A stretch of DNA of 64,000 nt from Bacteroidales bacterium (GCA_038212135.1 JBBQUX010000001.1:13734-77733); one strand, 5' to 3'; shown: positions 29,607-40,104, counted from the stretch's first letter. A program made the numbers and translations. Notes: generated from the sequence alone by a model not told the origin.

Positions 29607-30833
29607 ATGGATATAATTTCAATAAAACAGCGTTTTGGTATTATAGGCAATTCGGCGTTGCTCGAGAGAGCCATAGATATAGCCAGGCAGGTTGCCCCGA
29701 CTGATCTTAGTGTTCTGATTACCGGCGAAAGCGGGGTTGGGAAAGAAATCTTCCCGCAGATTATTCACCACCTTAGTGCCCGCAAACATGGGCCATATAT
29801 TGCTGTAAACTGTGGTGCAATTCCCGAAGGTACAATTGACTCGGAATTGTTCGGTCACGAAAAGGGCTCATTTACAGGTGCTCACGAAGCCCGGAAAGGA
29901 TATTTTGAAGTTGCAAACGGTGGTACCATTTTTTTGGATGAAGTGGCAGAACTTCCTTTGTCAACTCAAGTGAGATTGCTGCGGGTGCTTGAATCAGGAG
30001 AGTTTTTTAAAGTAGGTTCGTCAAAAAGCCAGAAAACAGATGTGCGCGTTGTAGCGGCAACTAATGTTGATGTGCAACTGGCAATTGATCATGACAAGTT
30101 CAGGCAGGATTTGTTCTACCGGCTGAATTCGGTGCCTATCGCAGTGCCTGCTTTGCGCGAGCGTAAAGACGATATTGTATTGTTGTTCCGTAAGTTTGCT
30201 TCCGATTTTGCCGAAAAATACCGCATGCCTGCCCTCGAACTCGATGAGGAATCAAAACAGATAATGATGAACTACCGTTGGACCGGTAATATCAGGCAGC
30301 TTAAAAATTTTACTGAGCAGATTTCGATTATCGAACGTAACAGGAATATTTCTGCGGCTATCCTTCAACGCTATCTGCCCGAAACAACCCGGCGTGATTT
30401 ACCGGTTCTTTTTAAGGACGCACACAAAGGTAATGAGATGTCCGAAAGGGAATTGCTTTATAAAGTACTGTTTGATATGCGCCGCGATATCACTGATCTC
30501 AAAAAATTGGTCGGTGAAATTATTGGTCACGATGAAGTTGACAACCATTTCACGAATTCAGCTACCCATATCCCGGAGCATTTTATAAAAGATCCTCAAC
30601 GAGCGGATGTAAGCAGGGTAGTAGTTCACGACAGGGCTCAGCCGGTTGATGATGAACCGTTTGTGCATGGGGAAGTCATGGAGGAATCGCTTTCGCTTCA
30701 GGATCGCGAACTCGAACTTATACGTCGCGCGCTCGATAAACACGAAGGCCGCCGCCGCAACGCCGCCAAGGAACTTGGGATTTCGGAACGAACATTGTAC
30801 CGTAAGATTAGAGAATATGGAATTAAAGGTTAA
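29607..30833 (+). CDS. sigma-54-dependent transcriptional activator (AAA+ plus Fis-type HTH, no N-terminal sensory/receiver domain)
   Basis: The AAA+ domain starts within the first ~15 residues (IIGNS..L..A). Walker A GESGVGKE, GAFTGA-like GSFTGA loop, Walker B IFLDE, C-terminal HTH AAKELGISERTLYRKI. Confidence 0.85.
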   Translation: MDIISIKQRFGIIGNSALLERAIDIARQVAPTDLSVLITGESGVGKEIFPQIIHHLSARKHGPYIAVNCGAIPEGTIDSELFGHEKGSFTGAHEARKGYFEVANGGTIFLDEVAELPLSTQVRLLRVLESGEFFKVGSSKSQKTDVRVVAATNVDVQLAIDHDKFRQDLFYRLNSVPIAVPALRERKDDIVLLFRKFASDFAEKYRMPALELDEESKQIMMNYRWTGNIRQLKNFTEQISIIERNRNISAAILQRYLPETTRRDLPVLFKDAHKGNEMSERELLYKVLFDMRRDITDLKKLVGEIIGHDEVDNHFTNSATHIPEHFIKDPQRADVSRVVVHDRAQPVDDEPFVHGEVMEESLSLQDRELELIRRALDKHEGRRRNAAKELGISERTLYRKIREYGIKG

Positions 30834-31371
30834 AAGTTGCCACCGGCCAAAACTTTCGCCATTACGTTTGATTGTGTCACTTTCACTTTTTATGGCACTT
30901 TTCACATTTCTGATGGTACAAGGCTGTAGCTATTCGTTTACAGGTGCCAGTATTTCACCCAGTGTTAAAACGCTCTCGGTAAGTTATCTGCCAAACAATG
31001 CGTCGCTTGTTCAGCCTACGCTGAGCCGGAAATTAACCGAAGCTATCAGGGATAAGTTTACCAGTCAATCAGGTTTAAATCTGGTAAGTGCAAACGGTGA
31101 CCTTAATATTGAGGGAGAAATAACCCGGTATTCTACTGAACCAGTTGCTATTACGGCTGATCAGCAAGGCGCTATGCAACGATTGACCATTACGGTAAAC
31201 ATTCGATATACAAATAAACAGGATCCCAAACAGGATTTTGAAACCAGCTTCTCCCGTTTCAGTCAATATGACGCGCAAAGACGGCTTTCCGAAGTTGAGG
31301 ATGACTTGATCGATCTTATTAATGATGAACTGGCTCAGGATATTTTTAATAAGGCACTTGCAAACTGGTAA
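30817..31371 (+). CDS. lptE: LptE-like LPS-assembly lipoprotein
   Basis: Start ATG overlaps the end of the activator gene. Lipobox MVQGC followed by SYSFTGASI, as in Bacteroidota LptE-like proteins. Conserved position between the sigma54 activator and secG. Confidence 0.55.
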   Translation: MELKVKSCHRPKLSPLRLIVSLSLFMALFTFLMVQGCSYSFTGASISPSVKTLSVSYLPNNASLVQPTLSRKLTEAIRDKFTSQSGLNLVSANGDLNIEGEITRYSTEPVAITADQQGAMQRLTITVNIRYTNKQDPKQDFETSFSRFSQYDAQRRLSEVEDDLIDLINDELAQDIFNKALANW

Positions 31372-31454
31372 TTAAAACAGAATTCTGCAATAGTTCCTCA
31401 ATATGAGCGAATTAGCCTCAAAAAATTAATTGCCTGGATTCTGAAAGGTTTATG

Positions 31455-31510
31455 TAGAGGTTAAGGCTGAGTGGTGAAACCTTAACCTTAACCTAAACCT
31501 TAACCTAAGT
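31455..31510. repeat. hairpin plus CCTTAAC tandem words
   Basis: gaGGTTAAGGctgagtggtgaaaCCTTAACCttaacctaaaccttaacctaag: an 8-bp inverted repeat followed by four or five degenerate CCTTAAC units. Confidence 0.8.
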
Positions 31511-31646
31511 TACAAAAGAGTAAAAAAGTGAGATACTGCCAAAAAGATTAATGATTGAATAAGTTTTTTAGTCCTCAGTTTTTATCTGAACTAAAATTTT
31601 TCAAAAAAAAGTACACTGTTCGAAATTAGATTTCCTGACCTGAAAA

Positions 31647-32612
31647 ATGACACCTGAAACATTTAACCGCTATCTTAAAGATCCTTCGCTGCTTGATAGC
31701 CATTCAGTAGATGAACTGTGGTTATTGGTAAAGGAATACCCTTATTTTCAGGTAGCACGTATGCTGTTGGCCAGGAACCTTTACAATACTGGGCACGAAG
31801 CATATCCTCTTTCGCTGCGACTGGCAGCCGCTTATGCAGGCGACCGAAGCAAACTCAAGGCTTTGATTGAAGGAATCCCGGTTGTAGGTAAAGAAAAAAT
31901 GAAAACTGAAGTACCTTCGTCAATAAGTACTGAGCAGGAATTCAATGATATCAATGAAATTGGCACTGTTCAATCAGAAGATATCCGGGTAGCATCATTT
32001 GAGAAACAAGCCGGATTAAGTTCAGATATTTTAGCGGAATCAGGCATCGAAAATACCAATGCTACATTTGCCGATTCATCTGAAATACTTTTAACCGGGA
32101 AAAAGCAGGAAAGTGAACCGGAATATGTAAAAACTGAAAATTATCCTGCGCAGGAAGATGCGGGAATGCATAAAGGCGGCATTCAGAGGTTGAAGGCAGG
32201 GTATGCCGAAAGTATATCTGATCCTTTAATAGACAGTATATTCGCAAGATTAAGCGAGGCGCAGATTACTGTAGACGCAGATACTGCAGGAAAAACTGAG
32301 GCTGAAAAACCTGAAGGCGCAGCTGCTAACGAAGAGATTTTAATTCCCCGCAATGAACTGGTTGATAAATTTATACGTGATGAGCCGCGGATCGGTTCGC
32401 CAAAGCGTGAATTCTTTAATGCCGAAGATATTGCCAGGCAAAGCGCAAGCCTGCCCGATGACCTTGTGAGTGAAACGCTGGCCCGGATTTATGAGCAACA
32501 AGGTTTCTATATTCTGGCAATAAAAATTTATGAAAAACTCATGTTGCTTATTCCCGAAAAAAGTAGTTACTTTGCAGGCCAAATTAAAGAAATTAATACT
32601 AAACGTAAGTAA
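31647..32612 (+). CDS. hypothetical protein (helical/TPR-like ends, acidic low-complexity centre)
   Basis: 321-aa ORF between lptE-like and secG, in the same orientation. No catalytic motif recognised. Confidence 0.6.
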   Translation: MTPETFNRYLKDPSLLDSHSVDELWLLVKEYPYFQVARMLLARNLYNTGHEAYPLSLRLAAAYAGDRSKLKALIEGIPVVGKEKMKTEVPSSISTEQEFNDINEIGTVQSEDIRVASFEKQAGLSSDILAESGIENTNATFADSSEILLTGKKQESEPEYVKTENYPAQEDAGMHKGGIQRLKAGYAESISDPLIDSIFARLSEAQITVDADTAGKTEAEKPEGAAANEEILIPRNELVDKFIRDEPRIGSPKREFFNAEDIARQSASLPDDLVSETLARIYEQQGFYILAIKIYEKLMLLIPEKSSYFAGQIKEINTKRK

Positions 32613-32643
32613 CACATTTATAAATACATAAAAACAATAGAGT

Positions 32644-32979
32644 ATGAATGCTTTTATTTTTGTTTCTGTCCTGATCCTTATCGCTTGTGTGCTCATGATA
32701 CTTGTTGTATTGGTTCAGAACTCAAAAGGTGGTGGACTGGCATCCAATTTTTCTTCATCCAATCAGTATATGGGAGTTCGCAAAACAGCCGATTTTCTTG
32801 AGAAATTTACCTGGGGATTAGCTGTTTCCTTACTCGTACTTAGCCTGTTATCAATTGCTGTTATCCCAAGAGGCGTCAGCAAACAGGGTGCTTCCGATAC
32901 AGAACTTCGTCAGAATATTGATGAAAATGCACAGCCGGTTCAGGATTTCCAGACCCCCCCTGCAGAAGAGAAAAAATAG
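32644..32979 (+). CDS. secG: preprotein translocase subunit SecG
   Basis: 111 aa. First TM segment followed by LVQNSKGGGLAS, the SecG signature, then a second TM segment. Confidence 0.85.
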   Translation: MNAFIFVSVLILIACVLMILVVLVQNSKGGGLASNFSSSNQYMGVRKTADFLEKFTWGLAVSLLVLSLLSIAVIPRGVSKQGASDTELRQNIDENAQPVQDFQTPPAEEKK

Positions 32980-33002
32980 TATTTCAAAACTTTACGACAT
33001 GG

Positions 33003-33041
33003 AATGTCAGAATGTCACGTGCATTCTGACATTTTTTTTTT
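33003..33041 (+). terminator. rho-independent terminator after secG
   Basis: Perfect 12-bp stem AATGTCAGAATG / CATTCTGACATT, 7-nt loop, then T10. Confidence 0.85.
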
Positions 33042-33239
33042 GTCCGGTTATATATTTTCTTTTAAGTATAGGTTAAAGCGCACTATTGAAGTGCTATAAT
33101 GTTACTATCCAATAAACTAGGTCTTCAGCTGAAATGTCTGCTCTCCATGTCATTTCCCTCTTTGGCACGAATTATGAGTACTCCATTATCATTCAGGATA
33201 AAATTATCTAATCATTAAACATAAAATTAATTTAAAAAC

Positions 33240-33518
33240 ATGGCACAGGTAAATGTAAAACCGTTGGCCGACCGAGTATTGGTTGAGCCGGCAGCAGCCG
33301 AACAAAAAACAGCGGGTGGAATTATAATCCCCGACACCGCAAAAGAAAAACCACAAAAAGGCAAGGTGGTAGCCATTGGAAATGGCAAAAAAGATGAACC
33401 CCTCACAGTAAAAGTCGGCGATCAGGTTTTGTACGGAAAATACTCCGGAACCGAAATCAACATCGAAGGCAAGGATTATCTTATCATGCGTGAAAGCGAT
33501 ATACTGGCTGTGATATAA
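33240..33518 (+). CDS. groES: co-chaperonin GroES
   Basis: 92 aa: [12 protein letters not shown]...[22 protein letters not shown]. Confidence 0.97.
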   Translation: MAQVNVKPLADRVLVEPAAAEQKTAGGIIIPDTAKEKPQKGKVVAIGNGKKDEPLTVKVGDQVLYGKYSGTEINIEGKDYLIMRESDILAVI

Positions 33519-33542
33519 TTATTAACAAAAAAAACTTAAGAT

Positions 33543-35180
33543 ATGAAAGGTAAAGAAATAATTTTCGAAAGCGAAGCCCGCGATCGCATGAAAAAAGGCG
33601 TTGATGCTTTAGCGAATGCAGTAAAAGTAACACTCGGCCCTAAAGGACGCAATGTGATTCTCGAAAAAACCTACGGTGCTCCACAGATCACCAAGGACGG
33701 TGTGACTGTTGCTAAAGAGATAGAAATGAAAGACGCCGTCGAAAATATGGGTGCCCAGATGGTTAAAGAAGTAGCTTCAAAAACTGCCGATGTAGCCGGA
33801 GATGGAACCACTACTGCGACCGTACTTGCACAGTCAATTATTGCCACAGGTTTAAAAAATGTTACAGCAGGTGCAAACCCAATGGATTTGAAACGTGGTA
33901 TTGAAAAAGCAGTTGCAATAGTGGTTGCTGATTTGAAAAAACAATCAAAAGAAGTTGGCAACAGCATCGAAAAGATACAGCAGGTAGCTACGGTTTCGGC
34001 TAATAACGACCAAACCATTGGCAAACTGTTAGCTGAAGCTATGGAAAAAGTATCAAAAGAAGGTGTTATCACCATCGAAGAAGCTAAAGGTATCGAAACA
34101 ACTGTAAAAGTTGTTGAAGGTATGCAGTTCGACCGTGGCTATATTTCACCTTATTTTGTTACTGATGCTGAAAAAATGGAAGTGGTTTTCGAAAACCCGT
34201 ACATCCTGATCCACGACAAGAAAATCAGCAGCATGAAGGATTTCCTTCCTGTATTGGAAAAAGTGGTTCAAACCAGCCGTCCTCTGCTTATTATTGCTGA
34301 AGATGTTGATGGAGAGGCACTTGCAACATTAGTAGTAAATAAAATCCGTGGCTCACTCAAAATTGTAGCTGTAAAAGCTCCCGGTTTTGGTGATCGTCGC
34401 AAGGAAATGCTCCAGGATATCGCCATCCTTACCGGTGGAACTGTTATTTCGGAAGAACAGGGATACCGCCTCGAAGATGCCGACCTGAGTTACCTCGGAC
34501 AAGCTGAAAAAATTAATATTGATAAAGATAACACTACCATTGTAAGCGGAAAAGGCGCAAAAGAGGGTATTGTTGCCCGCGTTAGCCAGATCAAAGCACA
34601 GATCGAAACTACTACTTCGGATTACGATCGCGAAAAACTTCAGGAGCGCCTTGCTAAACTCAGTGGTGGTGTAGCGGTTATTTATGTTGGAGCAGCCAGC
34701 GAAATGGAAATGAAGGAAAAGAAAGACCGTTTCGACGATGCACTTCATGCAACCCGTGCCGCTATTGAAGAAGGAACTATTCCTGGTGGTGGTGTTGCTT
34801 ACATTCGTGCTATTGCTGCATTGGAAAATGTAAAAACTGAAAATGAAGACGAAGAATTGGGAATCAGGATCGTGAAGCGCGCTCTTGAAGAACCACTTCG
34901 CCAGATAGTTGCCAACGCAGGACTCGAAGGCTCTATTATCGTTCAGAAAGTGAAAGACGGTAAGGATGATTTCGGCTTTAATGCACGTACCGAGGTTTAC
35001 GAACATCTGTACAAAAGCGGTGTAATTGATCCTACAAAGGTTGCCCGCATAGCTCTTGAAAATGCAGCTTCCATTGCAGGAATGTTACTCACAACCGAAT
35101 GCGTTATTTCCGAAATAAAAGAAGACAAAGAACCATCTATGCCAAATCCTGGTATGGGCGGCATGGGTGGAATGTACTAG
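33543..35180 (+). CDS. groEL: chaperonin GroEL
   Basis: 545 aa: [25 protein letters not shown]-terminal GGMGGM tail. Confidence 0.98.
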   Translation: MKGKEIIFESEARDRMKKGVDALANAVKVTLGPKGRNVILEKTYGAPQITKDGVTVAKEIEMKDAVENMGAQMVKEVASKTADVAGDGTTTATVLAQSIIATGLKNVTAGANPMDLKRGIEKAVAIVVADLKKQSKEVGNSIEKIQQVATVSANNDQTIGKLLAEAMEKVSKEGVITIEEAKGIETTVKVVEGMQFDRGYISPYFVTDAEKMEVVFENPYILIHDKKISSMKDFLPVLEKVVQTSRPLLIIAEDVDGEALATLVVNKIRGSLKIVAVKAPGFGDRRKEMLQDIAILTGGTVISEEQGYRLEDADLSYLGQAEKINIDKDNTTIVSGKGAKEGIVARVSQIKAQIETTTSDYDREKLQERLAKLSGGVAVIYVGAASEMEMKEKKDRFDDALHATRAAIEEGTIPGGGVAYIRAIAALENVKTENEDEELGIRIVKRALEEPLRQIVANAGLEGSIIVQKVKDGKDDFGFNARTEVYEHLYKSGVIDPTKVARIALENAASIAGMLLTTECVISEIKEDKEPSMPNPGMGGMGGMY

Positions 35181-35210
35181 AAGTAGATCCCGTTTTTGTT
35201 GAATACTTTT

Positions 35211-35241
35211 CAAAGCCCTGCTTCTGCGGGGCTTTGCTTTT
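35211..35241 (+). terminator. rho-independent terminator after groEL
   Basis: CAAAGCCC-loop-GGGCTTTG followed by cttttaaa. Confidence 0.6.
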
Positions 35242-35468
35242 AAAGCATGCAAAGCTCCTGGCAAATCTTTATCTATGAATACTTATTTTTCAGCAAACAG
35301 AAGAATAACAAATGGTGTTATATCCGATATTTCATCGGGTTGAATTCCGGTATGGTAAATACGGGCCTAAGATCAAGGAATAGGCCTTTTCACTACCGGA
35401 AATTACTCGCTTTAGGTCTGAAGCCTGACGTTTCCAGTAGTGAAAAACCGGGTTTAAAAAGTTTCTGA

Positions 35469-37862
35469 TCATTTTGACTTCAGCCATATGTCCTGATTGT
35501 TGTAGAACAATCTCCCGGAATCGGCATTCATCTGATAAAAATCAACGTCTTTTTGCCTCACAAGCAGATCGTCAGCATAAATGTTTCCTTTCGAATCATC
35601 TTTCCCTTTTAGAACGATATACATCCTGTTTTTAGGATTTTTTACTGTAAAAATGCACTCAACCAATGACCAATTGCCATTTATTACTTCACTCTGTTCG
35701 GGGAAACATGTTACCGATTCCCAGGTATCAGCGGCTTCGTCGTATTCTTCAATCATGAGCCGAAGCCAGTTGTTAAGGGCATCTTTTGATGCATTATACA
35801 TCCAGATACTTATTTCGTAACTTTCGCCAGCCGAAAAGGTACCCGGGGCAAACTCAGCAAATGTATGTTTGCCTTTCTTTTTACATTGAAACCCGCCTTT
35901 GCCACGAAACGGTTTATCTGATTTCAGGTTCTCAAATCCGGAATAAAAGAAACAAGAAGAATCATCGGAAACAGTAAATTGATTCCGCTTAAAAAGCTTC
36001 TTCTCATTCATTTTGTAAGTATCGAAAACAGATTGGGCGTTATTGCTGAAAAGATCGTCACTGCGCAAAGAAAATAGCGATATCCCTTCATCTTGATAAA
36101 GGAGCTGGCTTTTTCGAATTATTAGTTCTTCGTAAGCACTTATTGCATCAATGGTTCTGACCACAAGGAAGGGTTTACCTGAAGGCATATCGGTAAGTAT
36201 ATCTTTTGAATAAAAGTCGGGTGAAACGATTTGAACAATATTCTTGCTTTCACGTATGGATGTTCTGGTAAGATTAGCGCATACCAGCGGAATACCCGTG
36301 TGGTAGGAAAGAACAATTGAAGCTTTCATGATTTGTTCGTTCCTTGGCCTCGAAAAATTCTCTGAGCCCTGGTAAAAGAATGGTAATGATATAATGGCCT
36401 GGAATTCATCGGGATTCACTGCCTTTATTGCTTTTTGGAACGATGGAGTCAGAAGTTTGTCGTTAAAGATATTTTTCGACTTGTACAATGTATTAGTTGC
36501 TTCGGCGTGATAAGGCAGCCCTTCGGTGATGTTTAAAATTCCGGCAAAAAGACCAAGTGATATTATCAGGGTCTTCCGTATTCGGTTCAGGTGGTACACG
36601 ATATAAAGTTGCTGGATAGAAACAGCCCCAAAAACCATAGCGGCAAAATAAAACGGCCATGTAAATCTGCCAGTTGCCCTGAATTGTTTAACTATAGGGA
36701 CCATTTCGAGCAGAAAAGGAATCTGCTTGAACGGGAAAGCCAGGGCAAATAATAAAACGATACATGCTGCCACCAACGATATATTAAGAACCTTGTTGCC
36801 AAAGAATATTCCAGGGAAGGAGGTCAGTTTTTTCTTATTGAATATCCTGATAATAGATAAAACCAAAACAGCAAATATCAGTAATGTTGTCGAAAACCCA
36901 ACATAGCTCCACGCTTCCCACTGCTGCCTTATAATGTTGCCGGTTGCTGCATTAAGAACCGGTGCTAATGGCGGATGGTTGGGCAGGAATACATCGTCAA
37001 ATTCAGCGTTGTAAAGGAAAAATCCACTTGGGTTATCTGTTCTGCCGGTATGCGTATCAGATATTCTGGCAAAAACATAGAAGAGTAAAAGCGGAATGAT
37101 TAAAGCTGCAAAAAGCCGCATATAGTGCTGTATTGGCTCCCTTTGGTTAATATCGGAAATGAACTTACCGCCTGCAACCAATATAATGAAGAATATAACT
37201 ATAACGCCCAAATAGGCATGAATAACAAGCCAGAATAGCAAATTAAAAAAGAGAAGTATGGGGTAAATCAGTTTGCCCTTATGGGTAAAGCTTTTGAGTA
37301 TTAATAACCACGACAATGGGATCGCAAGGCTGTACGAAAGCGAAAGATGTCCTCCCAGGCGAAAAATTTGTGGTGATAGTAGCGTGATACCTATGCTGAA
37401 CAACAGGCTGAACCAGTTACTGACCCCTAGTTCTCTGAGAAGGAAATAACAGGTAATAAATGTAAGAAAAATTGAAAGTATTAAAATAAGGTTCAGTATG
37501 CCAATACTTTGGGTACTGAAAAAGGAGAATGACGATGAACAGAGTTTTATAAAAGTTGCTAGCACGGGATGGCAGTCCGTATAGAGAATGTTTTCTCCGT
37601 AAGGATAATTCATCCCTTCAAAATTCAGGTAAGTGCTGCCGTGTTTTATGTGGTAACTATAAGTAAAATAATTTTTCAGCGCATCTCCGCTGTCGTTGAA
37701 CAGATACTTGTCGGGATGTAAGAGAGCCTTCCCGTAAAAGGAAAAAGTGAAAATTATGCTGAAAGCAACAAGGATGAAAAACGGAAGGTTTTTCTTCACA
37801 ACAGTTTTATTAAATTGAGATAATGAACTCCTGTCGAACATTTTCGGCAGGTCGAAAAGCAT
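35469..37862 (-). CDS. large polytopic membrane protein with soluble C-terminal beta-rich domain (possible GT-C-type glycosyltransferase; function uncertain)
   Basis: 797-aa ORF with about 12 hydrophobic helices in the first ~430 aa, then a hydrophilic ~370-aa C-terminal region. No diagnostic motif recognised, so the functional guess rests on architecture only. Confidence 0.7.
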   Translation of the reverse strand: MLFDLPKMFDRSSLSQFNKTVVKKNLPFFILVAFSIIFTFSFYGKALLHPDKYLFNDSGDALKNYFTYSYHIKHGSTYLNFEGMNYPYGENILYTDCHPVLATFIKLCSSSFSFFSTQSIGILNLILILSIFLTFITCYFLLRELGVSNWFSLLFSIGITLLSPQIFRLGGHLSLSYSLAIPLSWLLILKSFTHKGKLIYPILLFFNLLFWLVIHAYLGVIVIFFIILVAGGKFISDINQREPIQHYMRLFAALIIPLLLFYVFARISDTHTGRTDNPSGFFLYNAEFDDVFLPNHPPLAPVLNAATGNIIRQQWEAWSYVGFSTTLLIFAVLVLSIIRIFNKKKLTSFPGIFFGNKVLNISLVAACIVLLFALAFPFKQIPFLLEMVPIVKQFRATGRFTWPFYFAAMVFGAVSIQQLYIVYHLNRIRKTLIISLGLFAGILNITEGLPYHAEATNTLYKSKNIFNDKLLTPSFQKAIKAVNPDEFQAIISLPFFYQGSENFSRPRNEQIMKASIVLSYHTGIPLVCANLTRTSIRESKNIVQIVSPDFYSKDILTDMPSGKPFLVVRTIDAISAYEELIIRKSQLLYQDEGISLFSLRSDDLFSNNAQSVFDTYKMNEKKLFKRNQFTVSDDSSCFFYSGFENLKSDKPFRGKGGFQCKKKGKHTFAEFAPGTFSAGESYEISIWMYNASKDALNNWLRLMIEEYDEAADTWESVTCFPEQSEVINGNWSLVECIFTVKNPKNRMYIVLKGKDDSKGNIYADDLLVRQKDVDFYQMNADSGRLFYNNQDIWLKSK

Positions 37863-37916
37863 TGTGGCAAAACTACAAAAAACAGTTCTGGATTGTACAC
37901 TTTAATCCGTTTAAAC

Positions 37917-38705
37917 TTAATTGACTTTTATTAATTTACCTTCACCGGTTGAAACTCCCGAAATTTCGGGTGGGTTACCTTTATAATAAATGTTACCCAA
38001 TGAGCTGATTTCGTATCCAAGCTGATAGTTCACATTTATATAGCAATCATTTGTGCTGCTGCTCCTGATGAAGAGAAACTCCGATTCCAGGTCATGGCAA
38101 TGAAATGGGCCATAGGCTCCTGAAAAAATAAAGCTCACTCCTGTTTTACCGCTGATTTTCATATCAACCGAACCATTAATTATACTGAGTTTTGCTGTAC
38201 CCGTTTCTATAATTAAGTCTATATATCCGGAACCTCCTGTGGATGAAACGGTTAATGAATCTTCGCGCAAGGTATCTGTATTGGTAACTGTGCTTGTTGC
38301 TTCATATTGCAGATCAAGTAAATGTGGCAGGGTGACATATGCAGTGATTTCTTTATCGTACGATCGTACCCAGTTAAATTTGTTTTTATTCCTGATGGTA
38401 AGCGTACTGTCGCTAAAAGTTGTTTCGATACCCGAAAGTATGTTTTCGCCTCCTTCGAGTTTAATGCTGTATGCGTTTCCCTGCGTTATGACAAGGTTTA
38501 CATCATCGTTCAGGTATATTTTCGTATAATTTTCATCTACTGTCCTGGTAATTGTCACAATTTTACCTGTGCTTTTCGCAAAATCAAAAAAATGATCTTT
38601 CTCACAGGAAGGGAAAAGTACTGCACTAACCGTCAGCATTGTCAGAAACAGGGTCTTGTTTGTCAACCCCATAAGAAAGGTAATAATATATGATGGTATC
38701 TTCAT
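37917..38705 (-). CDS. DUF2807 / head-GIN-domain lipoprotein
   Basis: Start chosen at MKIPSYI, where the ATG overlaps the upstream stop as ATGA. Lipobox FPSC. Repetitive beta-helix-like pattern ending in SSLGNIYYKGNP, typical of DUF2807. Confidence 0.6.
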   Translation of the reverse strand: MKIPSYIITFLMGLTNKTLFLTMLTVSAVLFPSCEKDHFFDFAKSTGKIVTITRTVDENYTKIYLNDDVNLVITQGNAYSIKLEGGENILSGIETTFSDSTLTIRNKNKFNWVRSYDKEITAYVTLPHLLDLQYEATSTVTNTDTLREDSLTVSSTGGSGYIDLIIETGTAKLSIINGSVDMKISGKTGVSFIFSGAYGPFHCHDLESEFLFIRSSSTNDCYINVNYQLGYEISSLGNIYYKGNPPEISGVSTGEGKLIKVN

Positions 38706-39850
38706 ATTCTTCCTCCGTAAACCCATGGAATTTTATATCCTAACCCGATTCCCACAAAATCAGCCTGTCCGAAGTGGGTGCGTAAGGTGAGGTTAGCAAA
38801 AAGGCCTTTAGTAATCTGGTATTGCAACCCAAGTTTAAAATATGAATGAGTTGGGGCAAGTTTTCCTTTTAAGTAAAATCCAAGACCAAAGCTGTACGAA
38901 AGTTTCGACATGCTGAGCTGGTAAACCGGTCCCACACCCAGGCGCATTAGCTCACTTTTGCTTTCGTAGGGGATTTTATAAAGATCGGCAAAATAGAAAT
39001 CGGATTCATTGTATGTGTAATCGAACCCGATGCCGGCACTGCTTTTGAACGAAAACTGTTTTATTACACTTCCTGAAAAATTGTAGATCATAAAGGTGCG
39101 GCCATATTCACTCCCCATATCTTTAACAGCAGCTGTGGCCCCAAATGAAAAATCAATCGATTTGGTCCCGGGAAATTCAAATGTATAAAGCGAAGGCATC
39201 ACTTTCCTGTTCATGTAGGTGTTTTCTTTACTCAGGCGGTACGCAAATGCCAGGTTTATGGATGGTGTGTTGATTCCGTAATTCGGTGTTTTTGTCGACC
39301 CGTTCGAGAAATGCATAAGTGCAAGACCAACAGCCGCATTCATGCGGGGATTGAACCGCCAGCGATATTCGGCCATCAGGTTAATGGCTGCATTTACATG
39401 CGAACCAATGGCGATATACTTGTAGTTTTCCAGCCTGTCGAAGCATTCGGTGAGGTACGCAAGTCCCAGACCAACCCGAAAATTCAATTCATGCTTATTG
39501 TTCCTGATAATTGGGTAGTTAACATACGGAAATACCGCATTGGCACTTCCCAGGAACTGCGAATTGCCCATTTGTGAATACCAGTAACTTATACCGATAA
39601 ATGGATATCCATACATGGACTGCCAGCGTTCGCGGCCGTATGTTTCTTTTCCCAGGTTTATCTCGAATGAAGGGAAGTGAGCATTGAAAATCTTCATTTC
39701 GAGGTGATGATTAATCATAAAACCATAGTTCACCCGTCCTTCGAGTAACAGGTTTGAACCCCAGAGTTTATGCTGAGCTGATGCCTGTACTTTCAGGAGT
39801 AAGAGCATAACTAACAGTAAAACAGGTATTTTTGCTTTCGTTTGGGGCAT
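38702..39850 (-). CDS. outer-membrane beta-barrel protein, PagL-like acyloxyacyl hydrolase family (tentative)
   Basis: 382 aa with a signal peptide (KVQASAQ). Alternating aromatic/Gly-rich beta-strand pattern. The N-terminal block EGRVNYGFMINHH resembles Bacteroidota proteins annotated as acyloxyacyl hydrolase (from memory). Confidence 0.45.
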   Translation of the reverse strand: MPQTKAKIPVLLLVMLLLLKVQASAQHKLWGSNLLLEGRVNYGFMINHHLEMKIFNAHFPSFEINLGKETYGRERWQSMYGYPFIGISYWYSQMGNSQFLGSANAVFPYVNYPIIRNNKHELNFRVGLGLAYLTECFDRLENYKYIAIGSHVNAAINLMAEYRWRFNPRMNAAVGLALMHFSNGSTKTPNYGINTPSINLAFAYRLSKENTYMNRKVMPSLYTFEFPGTKSIDFSFGATAAVKDMGSEYGRTFMIYNFSGSVIKQFSFKSSAGIGFDYTYNESDFYFADLYKIPYESKSELMRLGVGPVYQLSMSKLSYSFGLGFYLKGKLAPTHSYFKLGLQYQITKGLFANLTLRTHFGQADFVGIGLGYKIPWVYGGRI

Positions 39851-40053
39851 TTATTGTAGTAATAAAAATGGCCTGTCGAAGGCCATCAGGATAACGCAAA
39901 ATTACGGCCATTCGTGCATGTGACAAAGTTTTTATTTCGGGAAGGTTCTTTTTGATGAATTCGCTCAGCTGTGAATCAGTTAATTAGCTGGTTTTTGATC
40001 CTGCAAAGCTTCAAAATTCTCGAATTTTTCAGTGTTGCGAAAATTTCAATCTT

Positions 40054-40104
40054 TCGTCTCCCGACATCCGACATCCGCCTCCCGTCTTCCGCCTTCCGTC
40101 TTCC
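40054..40104. repeat. CT-rich mini tandem repeats (GACATCC x2; CCGTCTTCC words)
   Basis: tcgtctcccGACATCCGACATCCgcctcCCGTCTTCCgccttCCGTCTTCC, in the divergent region between the PagL-like gene and mazG. Confidence 0.8.

Noticed and set aside
33080-33094. Inverted repeat GCACT-attga-AGTGC upstream of groES as a CIRCE (HrcA) operator.
   Set aside because: CIRCE is TTAGCACTC-N9-GAGTGCTAA. Here the arms are 5 bp with a 5-nt spacer, so it does not fit.
33163-33178. TGGCACGaattATGAG upstream of groES as a sigma-54 -24/-12 promoter, tempting given the sigma-54 activator two genes upstream.
   Set aside because: The -12 element lacks the essential GC (ATGA instead of TTGC). One good half-site is expected by chance.
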